32,000 bases of DNA, taken from contig NZ_LN831039.1 of assembly GCF_001457595.1 (NCBI RefSeq), positions 60,001-92,000 on the forward strand, written 5' to 3'. How positions within the stretch are numbered: the first letter of the stretch is position 1; each line of letters opens with the position of its first letter. The notes under the pieces were generated by a model, which was given only the letters and a program-made list of their open reading frames with translations, had not been told where the DNA came from and made no database searches. Position numbers and translations under genes: made by a program. This DNA comes from Mycolicibacterium smegmatis. Its GTDB lineage: Bacteria; Actinomycetota; Actinomycetes; Mycobacteriales; Mycobacteriaceae. Of this stretch, positions 17,019-28,121 are shown piece by piece.

Positions 17019-17867
17019 ATGACTGCTCCGTTCACCGCCGACACCGGCGACGCCCACATCGACGACGTGGTCGGCGTCGAGGTCACCATCGACGGGATGC
17101 TGGTGATCGCCGACAAACTCGGTCTCACCGACTTCCCGCCGTCGATGGGCATCAGGCTCAACATCCCGCAACCCGACCTGCGCAAGGTCGTTTGGGAGCA
17201 GGTCGAGCGCGACCTTTCCGCGCAGGGTGTGCTCGATGTCTACGGCAACCCGCACCCCGAGGTGGCCGCCATGGTGGACACCCTCGCGCGTGCGGACCGC
17301 ACCCTCGAATGCCGGTGGTGGCGCCGTGACGCCGGTGGGAAGATGATCCGGTTCGTGGTCTGTCGTAAGGGGGGTCGGCATGTCGTCGCGGCTCGCGACA
17401 ACGATCTGCTCGTCCTGCAGCGGGTCGCGCCGCAGATCGGGTTGGCCGGCATGGTCATGACGGTTCTGGGTGAGGGGTCGCCCGCGAACGTCGAGCCGCT
17501 CACCGGCGTGGCCGATCGTCTGGCGCAGTGCCGCACCGCCGAAGAGCTGACCGGATACGGCATCCCGCCGACCTCGGCGCGGGCATACGCCTCGATCATC
17601 TCCGAACCCGACGGCTGGGTCGAGATCGTCGCCACCGAACGCCATCCGGGCGGCACCACGTCCCAAGTCGACGTCGCCGCGGGAGTGCTCGACGCCAAAC
17701 AGGGCCGCATCGTGTCGATTCCGCGCCGCGTCAACGGTGAGCTGTACGGCAGCTTCCTGTCCGGCACCAAGGACAACCTCGAGCGCGCCCTCGAAGGGCT
17801 CGTCGAGTTCCTGCCGTCGAAAACCTGGTTCGACAAGACCGACGCGGACAACGCCTACCAGCACTGA
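17019..17867 (+). CDS. espG1: ESX-1 PE/PPE chaperone EspG1
   Basis: MTAPFTADTGDAHIDDVVGVEVTIDGMLVIADKLGLTDFPPSMGIRLNIPQPDLRKVVWEQVERDL...; synteny. Confidence 0.92.
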   Translation: MTAPFTADTGDAHIDDVVGVEVTIDGMLVIADKLGLTDFPPSMGIRLNIPQPDLRKVVWEQVERDLSAQGVLDVYGNPHPEVAAMVDTLARADRTLECRWWRRDAGGKMIRFVVCRKGGRHVVAARDNDLLVLQRVAPQIGLAGMVMTVLGEGSPANVEPLTGVADRLAQCRTAEELTGYGIPPTSARAYASIISEPDGWVEIVATERHPGGTTSQVDVAAGVLDAKQGRIVSIPRRVNGELYGSFLSGTKDNLERALEGLVEFLPSKTWFDKTDADNAYQH

Positions 17868-17881
17868 GAGAGGTTGCGACG

Positions 17882-18409
17882 GTGGGTGATGGTTCCCCAT
17901 ACGATCCGGAGTACGACGACGATCACGACAGTCTCGCCGCTCTGGATTTCCCCGGCACCGACGATGAACCGGAATCGTCGTTGGACGTCTTCGACGTGTT
18001 CGACGTCGGTGCGCCCGCCGACGAACCGTGGGACGCCGCCAGATCCGCCGACGGGGACGGCGAGGACGAGACGCCGGCTCCGGTGTTCACGGTCACCAAT
18101 CCGCCGGGCACCGTCACGGTCGCGGCGTATCTCGACGGCCGCGTGCACCAGATTGCCCTGTCTCCCAAGGTCGTCAACATGACCGAGCGCGAACTCGCCG
18201 ACGAGATCCGCGTCATCGCGGACCTCGCGGGAGAGCAGGCGAGGTCCGCGCAGTACTCGTTCATGCTCGAAGGGATGCGCGAGCACGGGCACGACGATGC
18301 CGCCACTCGCGACTTCCTGACCCGCGACCTGAACCTGCCGACACCAGAACAGGCCGATGCCAATCAGGCACAGGTCTTCTCGACTCGTTATGGAGGTGAC
18401 CATGGTTAA
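17882..18409 (+). CDS. espH: ESX-1 secretion-associated protein EspH
   Basis: MGDGSPYDPEYDDDHDSLAALDFP...GTVTVAAYLDGRVHQIALSPKVVNMTERELADEIRVIADLAGEQARSAQY; position between espG1 and eccA1. Confidence 0.88.
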   Translation: MGDGSPYDPEYDDDHDSLAALDFPGTDDEPESSLDVFDVFDVGAPADEPWDAARSADGDGEDETPAPVFTVTNPPGTVTVAAYLDGRVHQIALSPKVVNMTERELADEIRVIADLAGEQARSAQYSFMLEGMREHGHDDAATRDFLTRDLNLPTPEQADANQAQVFSTRYGGDHG

Positions 18410-20126
18410 CCACCTCGCCGGAATGTTCGGCAGTGCGGTTGGCATGATGTCCAATTCCCGTGCCCGCGCGCTGGAGATCTTCACAGAGATCACGAACTAC
18501 GACGAGTCGGCCTGTGACGCCTGGGTGGGCCGGATCGGTTGCGGCGACACCGACCGTGTGACGCTGTTCCGCGCCTGGTACTCCCGGTCGAACTTCGGCC
18601 AACTGGCCGGTGCAGCCGAGATCTCGATGAACGGCGTCGGCGCCCGGATCCCGATCGGTGGTATCTACAGCCGCGACATCACCTATCCGATCAACTCACC
18701 GCTGGCCATCACGATGGGCTTCGCCGTGCACGAGGCCTCCGAGGGCAACTACACCGACGCCATGGAGGCCCTCGAGGATGCGCCTGCGGCGGGTTCCGAG
18801 CACCTGGTGTCGTGGGTAAGGGCCGTGATCTACGGTGCGGGGCAACGCTGGACCGAGGTCATCGACCAGGTGCGCGGCGCCGAGCGCTGGCCCGACAAGT
18901 TCCTCGCCGCGGCCGCAGGCGTGGCCCACGGTGTGGCCGCGGCCAATCTGGGTCTGTTCACCGAGGCCGACCGTCGTCTCACCGAGGCCAACGACACGCC
19001 CGTGGCGCAGGCTTGCGCACCGGTCATCGCCTGGTATCTCGCGATGGCGCGGCGCAGCCAGGGCAACGAGGAATCGGCCCAGGTGCTGCTGGAATGGCTG
19101 CAGGCCAATTTTCCCGAACCCAAAGTCACTGCGGCGCTTCGTGATCCGGCATACCGGCTGGAGACCACCACGGCCGAGAAGATCGCGGCCCGCAGCGACC
19201 CGTGGGATCCGTCGAGCGTCGTGGCCGACACGTCGGCGCGCGACAAACTGCTCGTCGAGGCGCAGGCCGAACTGGACCGCCAGATCGGTCTCGGCCGGGT
19301 CAAGGAGCAGATCGAGGCGTACCGCGCGGCCACGCAGATGGCGCGGATCCGTGCCGCGCGCGGCATGAAGGTCGCCCAGACGTCCAAGCACATGATCTTC
19401 GCGGGTCCGCCCGGTACCGGTAAGACGACCATCGCGCGCGTGGTGGCGAACATCCTCGCGGGTCTGGGTGTGATCGCCGAACCCAAGCTGATCGAGACGT
19501 CGCGCAAGGACTTCGTCGCCGAATACGAGGGGCAGTCGGCGGTCAAGACGTCCAAGACCATCGACCGCGCGCTCGGTGGCGTGTTGTTCATCGACGAGGC
19601 CTACACGCTGGTGCAGGAGCGCAACGGCCAGACCGACCCGTTCGGCGCCGAGGCGCTCGACACGCTGCTGGCCCGCATGGAGAACGACCGCGACCGCCTC
19701 GTGGTGATCATCGCCGGGTACAGCAACGACATCGACCGCCTGCTCGAGGTCAACGACGGCCTGCGATCGCGCTTCGCGACGCGGATCGAGTTCGATTCGT
19801 ACTCACCGGATGAGATCGTCGAGATCTCGAAGGTGATTGCCACGGCGAATGATTCGCGACTCGACGACACCGCGGCCAAGCGTGTGCTGGAGGCTGCGAC
19901 GACGCTGAGCCAGCGCTCGCTCAACGGCAAGCCGGCCCTGGACATCGCGGGCAACGGCCGCTACGCGCGTCAGCTGGTGGAGGCCGGTGAGCAGAACCGC
20001 GACATGCGGCTGGCCCGGTCGCTCGATTTCGACAGCCTCGGCGTCGACCAGCTCAGCGAGATCAACGGTGACGACATGGCGGCGGCGATCGCCTCGGTGC
20101 ACAGTCGTCTGAACATAGGCGAGTAG
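18402..20126 (+). CDS. eccA1: ESX-1 AAA+ ATPase EccA1
   Basis: [24 protein letters not shown]...[26 protein letters not shown]...[10 protein letters not shown] (CbbX-like AAA+); overlaps the espH end. Confidence 0.96.
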   Translation: MVNHLAGMFGSAVGMMSNSRARALEIFTEITNYDESACDAWVGRIGCGDTDRVTLFRAWYSRSNFGQLAGAAEISMNGVGARIPIGGIYSRDITYPINSPLAITMGFAVHEASEGNYTDAMEALEDAPAAGSEHLVSWVRAVIYGAGQRWTEVIDQVRGAERWPDKFLAAAAGVAHGVAAANLGLFTEADRRLTEANDTPVAQACAPVIAWYLAMARRSQGNEESAQVLLEWLQANFPEPKVTAALRDPAYRLETTTAEKIAARSDPWDPSSVVADTSARDKLLVEAQAELDRQIGLGRVKEQIEAYRAATQMARIRAARGMKVAQTSKHMIFAGPPGTGKTTIARVVANILAGLGVIAEPKLIETSRKDFVAEYEGQSAVKTSKTIDRALGGVLFIDEAYTLVQERNGQTDPFGAEALDTLLARMENDRDRLVVIIAGYSNDIDRLLEVNDGLRSRFATRIEFDSYSPDEIVEISKVIATANDSRLDDTAAKRVLEAATTLSQRSLNGKPALDIAGNGRYARQLVEAGEQNRDMRLARSLDFDSLGVDQLSEINGDDMAAAIASVHSRLNIGE

Positions 20127-20133
20127 GCAGACG

Positions 20134-21573
20134 ATGGCAGGTTTCCGGCTCACCACCAAGGTCCAGGTCAGCGGCTGGCGTTTTCTGCTGCGCCGCGTCG
20201 AGCATGCGATCGTCCGCCGCGACACCCGGATGTTCGACGACCCGTTGCAGTTCTACAGCCGCGCGGTCTTCGCCGGGGTGGTCGTATCCGTGTTGATCTG
20301 CCTCGGCGCGGCCCTGATGGCCTACTTCAAGCCGCTCGGCAAGCAGGGCAGTGACCAGCTGCTGGTGGACCGCACCACCAACCAGCTGTACGTGATGCTG
20401 CCGGGCAGCAACCAGCTGCGCCCCGTGTACAACCTCACCTCGGCGCGGCTGGTGCTGGGCAACGCGTCGAATCCTGTCGCGGTGAAATCCGAAGAGCTGA
20501 ACCGGATTTCTAAGGGGCAGTCGATCGGTATCCCGGGTGCGCCGTATGCGACACCCACCGGAACGCCCGCTTCGCAGTGGACGCTGTGCGACACGGTCGC
20601 CAAACCCGACAGTTCGGCGCCGAAGGTCGAGACGTCGATCCTGATCCGCACGCTGGCCATCGATTCCGGTGTCGGGCCGATACGCGCCGACCAGGGCATG
20701 CTGGTGTCGTACGAGGGTGCCAACTGGCTGATCACCGAGGGCGGGCGGCACTCGATCGATCTCGCCGACCGTGCCGTCACCTCGGCCGTGGGCATCCCGG
20801 TGACGGCCAAGCCGACGCCAATCTCGCAGGGGCTGTTCAACGCACTGCCCAACCGGGGTCCGTGGCAGCTGCCGCAGATCCCCGCCGCAGGCGCACCCAA
20901 CAGCGTCGGTCTACCGGAGAACCTCGTGATCGGTTCGGTGTTCCGCACGGCCACCGAATCCGATCCGCAGCACTACGTGGTGCTGCCCGACGGCGTCGCG
21001 CGCGTCAACAACACGACCGCGGCCGCGCTGCGAGCGACCAACTCCTACGGGCTCATGCAACCACCCGCCGTGGAGGCCAGCGTGGTCGCGAAAATCCCTG
21101 AGCAGGTTTACGTCTCGCCGCTTCCGGACCAGCCGCTGGATGTGCTGCTGCGTCAGGACTCGCCCGTGCTGTGCTGGTCCTGGCAGCGCGAGCCCGGCGA
21201 CCAGGCGCCCAAGACCACGGTCATCGCGGGCCGCAGGCTGCCGCTGCCGGCCAGTGCGATCGGCACGGGGATCGACCAGATCGGCGGCGACTCAACGGTG
21301 TACATCGAAGGCGGGCAGTTCGTGCGGTTGCAGTCACCGGATCCGCGCGTCGGCGAGAGCATGTACTACATCGACCCGCAGGGCGTGCGGTACGGCATCG
21401 CCAACGACGACGCCGCCAAGAACCTGGGCCTGGCCGGACCGGTGAATGCGCCATGGCAGGTGGTCGGACTGCTCGTGGACGGCCCGGTGCTGTCGAAGGA
21501 GGCGGCGTTGATCGAACACGACACCTTGCCTGCGGATCCCAATCCACGCAAAGTGGCGAGCGGGGAGGGCTGA
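20134..21573 (+). CDS. eccB1: ESX-1 core membrane component EccB1
   Basis: [65 protein letters not shown]; single TM then periplasmic R1-type repeats. Confidence 0.96.
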   Translation: MAGFRLTTKVQVSGWRFLLRRVEHAIVRRDTRMFDDPLQFYSRAVFAGVVVSVLICLGAALMAYFKPLGKQGSDQLLVDRTTNQLYVMLPGSNQLRPVYNLTSARLVLGNASNPVAVKSEELNRISKGQSIGIPGAPYATPTGTPASQWTLCDTVAKPDSSAPKVETSILIRTLAIDSGVGPIRADQGMLVSYEGANWLITEGGRHSIDLADRAVTSAVGIPVTAKPTPISQGLFNALPNRGPWQLPQIPAAGAPNSVGLPENLVIGSVFRTATESDPQHYVVLPDGVARVNNTTAAALRATNSYGLMQPPAVEASVVAKIPEQVYVSPLPDQPLDVLLRQDSPVLCWSWQREPGDQAPKTTVIAGRRLPLPASAIGTGIDQIGGDSTVYIEGGQFVRLQSPDPRVGESMYYIDPQGVRYGIANDDAAKNLGLAGPVNAPWQVVGLLVDGPVLSKEAALIEHDTLPADPNPRKVASGEG

Positions 21574-23801
21574 TGACCACCAAGAAGTTCACGCCGACCA
21601 TCAAGCGTGGTCCGCGCCTGACGCCCGGTGAGATCAACGTCGCACCGCCAGACGACCTGGGTATCGACATCCCGCCGTCGGGCATGCAGAAGGCGTTGCC
21701 GTGGGTGATGGGTGGCTGCATGCTCGGCATGATCGCGATCATGGTGTTCACCGGCGTGCGCCAGCTGTCGCCGTACATGCTGATGATGCCGCTCATGATG
21801 ATCATGGGCACGGTCGGCTTCATGGCGGGCGGCGGATCGGGCGGCAAGAAGGTGCCCGAGATCAACGCCGACCGCAAGGAATACCTGCGTTACCTCGCCG
21901 GTCTGCGCACCCGCGTGACGTCGTCGGCGTCGGCGCAGGTGGCGTTCTTCGCCTACCACGCACCGCATCCCGACGACCTGCTGTCGATCATCGGCACGCA
22001 CCGGCAGTGGGCACGGCAGGCCAACTCGGAGTTCTTCGCCGCGACGCGCATCGGCATCGGCGCCGAGATCGCCGTCGACCGCCTGCTCAAACCGAACACC
22101 AGCGGTGAACTCGCCGGTGGGCAGGCCGCACCCGCGCCGCACCTCGAGCCGGTGAGCCACATGTGGGTGACCAAGTTCCTGCGCACCCACGGCCTGATCC
22201 ACGACTGCCCCAAACTCGTTCAGCTGCGGACCTTCCCGACCGTCGCCGTGGGCGGTGACCCCGAGGCCGCCGAGGGGCTGCTCACCTCGATGATCTGCCA
22301 TCTGGCGGTGTTCCATCCGCCGGACCTGGTGCAGATCCGCGTGCTCACCGACAACCCCGAGGACCCCAAGTGGTCGTGGCTGAAGTGGTTGCCGCACACC
22401 CAGCATCAGACCGACACCGACGCTGCGGGTCCGACGCGCCTGGTGTACACCCGGCCCGACGGGTTGAGCGATCTCACCGCGCGCGGCCCGCACACCGCTG
22501 ACGCGGCACCGGGCGGGCCGTACGTCGTCGTCGTCGATCTCACCGGCGGCAAGGCGGGATTCCCGCCGGACGGCCGCGCGGGCGTCACGGTGATCACCCT
22601 CGGCGCACAGCGTCAGGCGGCCTACAAGCTCAAGGTCGAGAAGGACGGCAAGGCCGAGGACCGTCTGCCGAACCAGCCCTGGCGTGAGGTCACCCGGGTG
22701 GCCGACCGGATGACGCCCGGCCAGGCCGGCCGCATCGCGCGCAAGCTCGCGGGATGGTCGATCACCGGCACGATCATCGACAAGAACGTGCGGGTGCAGA
22801 AGAAGGTGTCCAACGAGTGGCATCACCTCGTCGGCGCGCAGTCGGTCGAGGAGGTCACGCCGGCCCGCTGGCGGATGTACGCCGACACCGACCGGGACCG
22901 CCTCAAGATCCCGTTCGGCCACGAACTCAAGACCGGCGAGATCATGTATCTCGACATCAAGGAAGGCGCCGAGTTCGGTGCGGGCCCGCACGGCATGCTG
23001 ATCGGCACCACGGGTTCGGGTAAATCCGAGTTCCTGCGGACCCTGATCCTGTCGCTGGTCGCGACGCACCACCCCGACCAGATCAATCTGCTGCTCACCG
23101 ACTTCAAGGGCGGCTCGACGTTCCTCGGCATGGAGAAGCTGCCGCACACCGCGGCCGTGGTCACCAACATGGAAGAGGAAGCCGAACTGGTCAGCCGCAT
23201 GGGTGAGGTGCTCACCGGTGAGCTCGACCGCAGGCAGTCGATCCTGCGCCAGGCCGGTATGCAGGTGGGTGCCGCCGGTGCGCTCTCGGGTGTCGCCGAG
23301 TACGAGAAGCACCGCGAACGCGGTGCCGATCTGCCGCCGTTGCCGACGCTTTTCGTCGTGGTCGACGAGTTCGCCGAGCTGCTGCAGAACCACCCGGACT
23401 TCATCAACCTTTTCGACCGCATCTGCCGTGTGGGCCGCTCGCTGCGCGTGCACCTGCTGCTCGCGACGCAGTCACTGAACACCGGTGGTGTGCGCATCGA
23501 CAAGCTCGAGCCCAACCTGACGTACCGGATCGCGTTGCGCACCACCAGCTCTGCCGAGTCCAAGGCCGTGATCGGTACGCCGGAGGCGCAGTACATCACC
23601 AACAAGGAGAGCGGTGTCGGCTTCCTGCGGGTCGGCATGGAGGACCCGGTGAAGTTCCGGTCCGTCTACACCGGCAACAACTACGTTCCGGCAGCACCGG
23701 AGTCGTCCGACCGCGAGGCGAAACCCAAGGCGCAGCGGCAATCCCAGGTGCGCATTCACCAGTTCACCACCACGCCCATCTTCGATACGGCGGTGTCGTA
23801 A
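21573..23801 (+). CDS. eccCa1: ESX-1 FtsK/SpoIIIE-type ATPase EccCa1
   Basis: KRGPRLTPGEINVAPPDDLGI...TM segments...GPHGMLIGTTGSGKSEFLRTLILSL; TGATG overlap with eccB1. Confidence 0.96.
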   Translation: MTTKKFTPTIKRGPRLTPGEINVAPPDDLGIDIPPSGMQKALPWVMGGCMLGMIAIMVFTGVRQLSPYMLMMPLMMIMGTVGFMAGGGSGGKKVPEINADRKEYLRYLAGLRTRVTSSASAQVAFFAYHAPHPDDLLSIIGTHRQWARQANSEFFAATRIGIGAEIAVDRLLKPNTSGELAGGQAAPAPHLEPVSHMWVTKFLRTHGLIHDCPKLVQLRTFPTVAVGGDPEAAEGLLTSMICHLAVFHPPDLVQIRVLTDNPEDPKWSWLKWLPHTQHQTDTDAAGPTRLVYTRPDGLSDLTARGPHTADAAPGGPYVVVVDLTGGKAGFPPDGRAGVTVITLGAQRQAAYKLKVEKDGKAEDRLPNQPWREVTRVADRMTPGQAGRIARKLAGWSITGTIIDKNVRVQKKVSNEWHHLVGAQSVEEVTPARWRMYADTDRDRLKIPFGHELKTGEIMYLDIKEGAEFGAGPHGMLIGTTGSGKSEFLRTLILSLVATHHPDQINLLLTDFKGGSTFLGMEKLPHTAAVVTNMEEEAELVSRMGEVLTGELDRRQSILRQAGMQVGAAGALSGVAEYEKHRERGADLPPLPTLFVVVDEFAELLQNHPDFINLFDRICRVGRSLRVHLLLATQSLNTGGVRIDKLEPNLTYRIALRTTSSAESKAVIGTPEAQYITNKESGVGFLRVGMEDPVKFRSVYTGNNYVPAAPESSDREAKPKAQRQSQVRIHQFTTTPIFDTAVS

Positions 23802-25583
23802 ATGTCCACAGAAGCTGAACCCCGGGTTCTGCGTGAGGTGGTCCTGTCGCAGCTGGCCACCGGCGAGAGCCGCGCGTACAAGATGTGGCTGCCTCCGCTC
23901 ACCGACCCCACCCCGGTCAACGAACTCGTCGAGCGCGACTATCAGCGTCGCCCACTGCGATTCGGGCTCGGGATCATGGACGAGCCGCGCCGCCACCGCC
24001 AGGAGGTCTGGGGCGTCGACGTGTCCGCGGCGGGCGGCAACATCGCCGTCGGCGGTGCACCGCAGACCGGTAAGTCGACGTTCCTGCAGACGCTCGTGGT
24101 GTCGGCCGCGGCCACCCACACACCGCGGCAGGTGCAGTTCTACTGCGTCGACCTCGGTGGCGGCGGTCTGATGTACCTCGAGGACTTGCCGCACGTCGGC
24201 GGCGTCGCCACCCGTGCCGAACCGGACCGCGTCAACCGCGTCGTGGCCGAGGTGAAGGCCGTCCTGCGTGCTCGCGAGCAGGTGTTCAAGCAGTACCGCG
24301 TCGGCTCGATCGCGTCGTACCGCGAGATGCGCGACGATCCGAACAACCCGGCATCGCAAGACCCGTTCGGCGACGTGTTCCTGGTGATCGACGGCTGGCC
24401 GGCGTTCGTCGCCGAGTTCCCGGACCTCGAGCCGGCCGTGCAGGACATCGCGGGTCAGGGTCTGGCGTACGGCGTCCACGTGATCATCACGACGCCGCGG
24501 TGGACCGAGCTGAAATCGCGTGTGCGCGACTATCTGGGCACCAAAATCGAATTCCGTCTCGGCGACGTCAACGAAACTCAGATCGACCGCATCACGCGCG
24601 AAATTCCGGCCAACCGGCCCGGGCGTGCGGTGTCACTCGAAAAACATCATTTGATGATGGGGGTGCCACGACTCGACGGCGTGCACAGCGCAGACAACAT
24701 CGTCGAGGCAATTTCGAGCGCCGTCCAGCAAATCGCCGACAGGCACACAGATCAGGCGCCGCAGGTGCGTGTGCTGCCCGAACGCATATACCTGCACCAG
24801 CTCGATCCGAACCCGCCCGGGCCCGATTCGGACTACCGGACCAGGTGGCAGGTGCCGCTCGGCGTGCGCGAATCGGACCTCACGGTGGCCTACAACCAGA
24901 TGCACCTCACGCCGCATCTGCTGATCTTCGGCGCGCCCAAGTCGGGCAAGACCCGCATCGCGCACGCCGTCGCGCAGGCCATCTGCAAGCGCAACAGCCC
25001 GCAGCAGGTGCGGTTCATGCTGGCCGACTACCGGTCCGGTCTGCTCGACGCGGTGCCGCAGAGCCACCTGCTCGACGCGGGCGCGATCAACCGCAACAGC
25101 GCGACGCTGGAAGAGGCCATCAAGGCCCTGGCCGTCAACCTCAAGAAGCGGCTGCCGCCGCCGGATCTGACCACCGCACAGCTGCGGGCCAGGTCATGGT
25201 GGTCCGGGCCGGACGTCGTGCTGCTGGTCGACGACTGGCACATGGTGACCGCCGCGGCAGGCATGGTGTCGCCCATGGCGCCGCTGGGACCGCTGCTGCC
25301 CGCGGCGGCCGACATCGGCCTGCACGTCATCGTCACGTGCCAGATGTCCATGGCCCACCGCGCGACCATGGACAAGTTCGTGGGTGCCGCCTACGGCGCA
25401 GGATCACCCACGTTGTTCCTGTCCGGCGAGAAGAACGACTTCCCGTCGCGGGACATCATCGTCAAGAAAAGGCCCCCTGGCCAGGCATTCCTTGTCGGTC
25501 CGGACGGAAAAGAGGTCATCCAGGCGGCCTACGTGGACCCACCCGAAGAAGAAGTGTTCTCACCACCTTCAGAGGGCAGTTAG
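23802..25583 (+). CDS. eccCb1: ESX-1 FtsK/SpoIIIE-type ATPase EccCb1
   Basis: Two P-loops: [16 protein letters not shown] and [16 protein letters not shown]; follows eccCa1. Confidence 0.96.
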   Translation: MSTEAEPRVLREVVLSQLATGESRAYKMWLPPLTDPTPVNELVERDYQRRPLRFGLGIMDEPRRHRQEVWGVDVSAAGGNIAVGGAPQTGKSTFLQTLVVSAAATHTPRQVQFYCVDLGGGGLMYLEDLPHVGGVATRAEPDRVNRVVAEVKAVLRAREQVFKQYRVGSIASYREMRDDPNNPASQDPFGDVFLVIDGWPAFVAEFPDLEPAVQDIAGQGLAYGVHVIITTPRWTELKSRVRDYLGTKIEFRLGDVNETQIDRITREIPANRPGRAVSLEKHHLMMGVPRLDGVHSADNIVEAISSAVQQIADRHTDQAPQVRVLPERIYLHQLDPNPPGPDSDYRTRWQVPLGVRESDLTVAYNQMHLTPHLLIFGAPKSGKTRIAHAVAQAICKRNSPQQVRFMLADYRSGLLDAVPQSHLLDAGAINRNSATLEEAIKALAVNLKKRLPPPDLTTAQLRARSWWSGPDVVLLVDDWHMVTAAAGMVSPMAPLGPLLPAAADIGLHVIVTCQMSMAHRATMDKFVGAAYGAGSPTLFLSGEKNDFPSRDIIVKKRPPGQAFLVGPDGKEVIQAAYVDPPEEEVFSPPSEGS

Positions 25584-25607
25584 TATTTGTTCAACGCACT
25601 CAGCAAC

Positions 25608-25627
25608 GCTGGCGGCAGCTCGCCAGC
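25608..25627 (+). promoter_or_regulatory. Leader hairpin in the eccCb1-pe35 gap
   Basis: GCTGGCG-gcagct-CGCCAGC, perfect 7-bp stem, 6-nt loop, within a 148-nt gap in an otherwise tightly packed operon. Confidence 0.5.
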
Positions 25628-25731
25628 AAAGGGATCGGGGGACAGATTCCTTGACGTTCTGGCAAATTTGCGCCAGGGGGATTCGAGTGCTTTGTCCTTG
25701 AATATGTCGAGTGGGGAAGGGGAGTACGCAA

Positions 25732-26025
25732 ATGCAACCGATGACACACAATCCGGGTGCGGAAGCCGTTGCGGCGCAAGTTATCGCAAATGCAGCACGT
25801 GGTCTGGCCGGTGGCACCACCGCCTCGGCCGCGGTCACCGCATTGGTGCCTGCAGGCGCTGACGAGGTCTCGGCGCTGGCCGCCGTGGCGTTCGCCAGCG
25901 AGGGCGTCGAGGCTCTTGCGGCGAATGCGTTCGCGCAGGAGGAGCTGACGCGCGCAGGTGCCGCGTTCGCCGAGATCGCGGGCATCTACAACGCCGTGGA
26001 CGCCGCCAACGCGGCCACGATGTAG
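25732..26025 (+). CDS. pe35: ESX-1 PE-family protein PE35
   Basis: MQPMTHNPGAEAVAAQVIANAARGLAGGTTASAAVTALVPAGADEVSALAAVAFASEGVEALAANA...AGIYNAVDAANAATM; YxxxD motif. Confidence 0.93.
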   Translation: MQPMTHNPGAEAVAAQVIANAARGLAGGTTASAAVTALVPAGADEVSALAAVAFASEGVEALAANAFAQEELTRAGAAFAEIAGIYNAVDAANAATM

Positions 26026-26072
26026 TTCTTCGAGGCAGATTTTTCAGCAGCGAGAGTTAGGGACACCAACCG

Positions 26073-27395
26073 ATGGTTGCGGCGCCGCCTATCCCTCCGG
26101 TGTGGATCGCTCTACCACCGGAGATCAACACCGCTCGCCTGATGGCCGGCGCCGGCCCGGCGCCGATGTTGCAGGCCGCAGCGGGTTGGGAGGGTCTGGC
26201 GGTCCTGTTGGAGACGCAGGCCGCCGAGCTGGCGGCCGCACTCACCAACCTCACCTCGGTGTGGACCGGAGCGGCCAGCGAGCGCGCGGTCGCGGCGACG
26301 ATGCCGATGATCACGTGGCTGCAGACCACTGCGGCGCAGGCGCAGAAGCGTGCGCTGCAGGCCTCGGCCCAGGCCAGCTCGTACAGCCTGGCGCTCGCCA
26401 CCACGCCGCCGCTGCCGGAGATCGAGCAGAACCATGTCACGCACGCGGTGCTGGAGGGAACCAACTTCCTCGGTATCAACACCGTGCCGATCGCGCTCAA
26501 CGAGATGGACTACTTCGTTCGCATGTGGAATCAGGCGGCCGGGGCGATGGATCTCTACCACGCGGAGACCACCGTCAACCTGCTGTTCGAGCCGATCATG
26601 CCGATGAAGCCGATCGTGCTTCCCGGTGTCGGTGAGACCACCGCGGCGGCCGCACTGGCGCAGACTGCGCCGCGCGTGGCCGAAGGCGTGATGCGCAACG
26701 CGGTAATCGAGGGCGTGAGCGCGATCGCGACCATCGAGTCGGTCGGGCTGGCCGCGGGACATGCTGCGGCACAAGCGAATTTCGCCGAACAGCGTGGCCA
26801 GGGCGCCGCGCAGAAGGGCGAGAACGCGGGGCAGGAGGCCGGCCGCGAGTCGGGCAAGAACATGCAGCAGGGCATGCAGATGGTGATGCAGATGGGTTCG
26901 CAGGCCGCACAGGCCCCGGCTCAGCTGGCGTCGATGTTCCAGTCCGGCGTGCAGACCATGACCCAGCCGTTGCAGCAGGCGACCCAGATGGTCAGCCAGT
27001 TCGCCAGCATGGGTGGCAGTGAGCGCGCCATGCAGGTCGGTTTGATGGGGGCCAGCCCTTTCTCGAACCACCCGATGCTCGGCGGATCGGGTCCCAGCAC
27101 GGGAGCCGGCTTGGTGCGGGCCATGTCGCTGCCCGGTGCGGGCGGCACCGCGCCGCGAACTCCGTTGCTGTCCAACCTGCTTGGCATCAGCGGTGAGATG
27201 AAGGCCGCTCCCGCCGGCGCGGGTTCGGCAGCCGCGGGCGGCCTGGCCCCGGTGGGTGCCGGTGCCGGTGGCGGCGCGGGTGCGCCGGTGGCGCACGCCG
27301 GCCAGAACAGCAAGAGCGGGGGGAAGAAGGACGGGTTGGTCGCGCCGACGCCGCTGACCTACGACCTCTCCGAGGATGAAGACGACGAGTGGTGA
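26073..27395 (+). CDS. ppe68: ESX-1 PPE-family protein PPE68
   Basis: PPIPPVWIALPPEINTARLMAGAGPAPMLQAAAGWEGLAVLL...TSVWTGAASERA. Confidence 0.95.
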   Translation: MVAAPPIPPVWIALPPEINTARLMAGAGPAPMLQAAAGWEGLAVLLETQAAELAAALTNLTSVWTGAASERAVAATMPMITWLQTTAAQAQKRALQASAQASSYSLALATTPPLPEIEQNHVTHAVLEGTNFLGINTVPIALNEMDYFVRMWNQAAGAMDLYHAETTVNLLFEPIMPMKPIVLPGVGETTAAAALAQTAPRVAEGVMRNAVIEGVSAIATIESVGLAAGHAAAQANFAEQRGQGAAQKGENAGQEAGRESGKNMQQGMQMVMQMGSQAAQAPAQLASMFQSGVQTMTQPLQQATQMVSQFASMGGSERAMQVGLMGASPFSNHPMLGGSGPSTGAGLVRAMSLPGAGGTAPRTPLLSNLLGISGEMKAAPAGAGSAAAGGLAPVGAGAGGGAGAPVAHAGQNSKSGGKKDGLVAPTPLTYDLSEDEDDEW

Positions 27396-27480
27396 ACACT
27401 CGCACAAGAACTTTCCGGTGCACTCGCCGGAAGACTCGCCATGGAATTGGTGAGGACACAGGGAAATAAGGGGAAATCCA

Positions 27481-27783
27481 ATGGCAGCAATGAATACAGA
27501 TGCCGCCGTCCTCGCCAAGGAGGCGGCGAATTTCGAGCGCATCTCCGGCGAGCTCAAGGGCGTCATCGCGCAGGTTGAGTCCACGGGCTCCGCTCTGGCC
27601 GCTCAGATGGTCGGCCAGGCAGGCACCGCCGCGCAGGCCGCGCTGGCTCGGTTCCACGAGGCCGCCGCCAAGCAGGTTCAGGAGTTGAACGAGATCTCGG
27701 CCAACATCCACACCTCGGGCACGCAGTACACCTCGACCGACGAGGACCAGGCGGGCACGCTTGCGTCGTCGATGAACATCTGA
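27481..27783 (+). CDS. esxB: WXG100 protein EsxB (CFP-10)
   Basis: [100 protein letters not shown]. Confidence 0.97.
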   Translation: MAAMNTDAAVLAKEAANFERISGELKGVIAQVESTGSALAAQMVGQAGTAAQAALARFHEAAAKQVQELNEISANIHTSGTQYTSTDEDQAGTLASSMNI

Positions 27784-27814
27784 CCACCTCGCACTCACTG
27801 AACGGAGACAAGAC

Positions 27815-28102
27815 ATGACAGAACAGGTATGGAATTTCGCCGGTATCGAGGGCGGCGCGTCGGAGATCCACGGCGCCGTGTCCACCACCGCCGGTCTGCT
27901 CGACGAGGGCAAGGCCTCGCTGACCACTCTCGCCTCAGCGTGGGGCGGCACCGGTTCGGAGGCCTACCAGGCCGTCCAGGCCCGTTGGGACTCCACCTCC
28001 AACGAGCTGAACCTGGCACTGCAGAACCTCGCCCAGACCATCAGCGAGGCGGGCCAGACCATGGCGCAGACCGAGGCCGGCGTCACGGGAATGTTTGCCT
28101 GA
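27815..28102 (+). CDS. esxA: WXG100 protein EsxA (ESAT-6)
   Basis: [95 protein letters not shown]. Confidence 0.98.
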   Translation: MTEQVWNFAGIEGGASEIHGAVSTTAGLLDEGKASLTTLASAWGGTGSEAYQAVQARWDSTSNELNLALQNLAQTISEAGQTMAQTEAGVTGMFA

Positions 28103-28121
28103 GAACACCGATGCACGTTGG

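Noticed and set aside
21366-23453. 695-aa minus-strand ORF antisense to eccCa1
   Set aside because: Shadow ORF of the EccCa1 gene; no domain signature.
25587-25862. 91-aa TTG-initiated ORF upstream of and overlapping pe35 as an independent gene
   Set aside because: Not listed as a feature: no recognised domain and its C-terminal part is out of frame over pe35. Kept only as a possible leader peptide within a finding.
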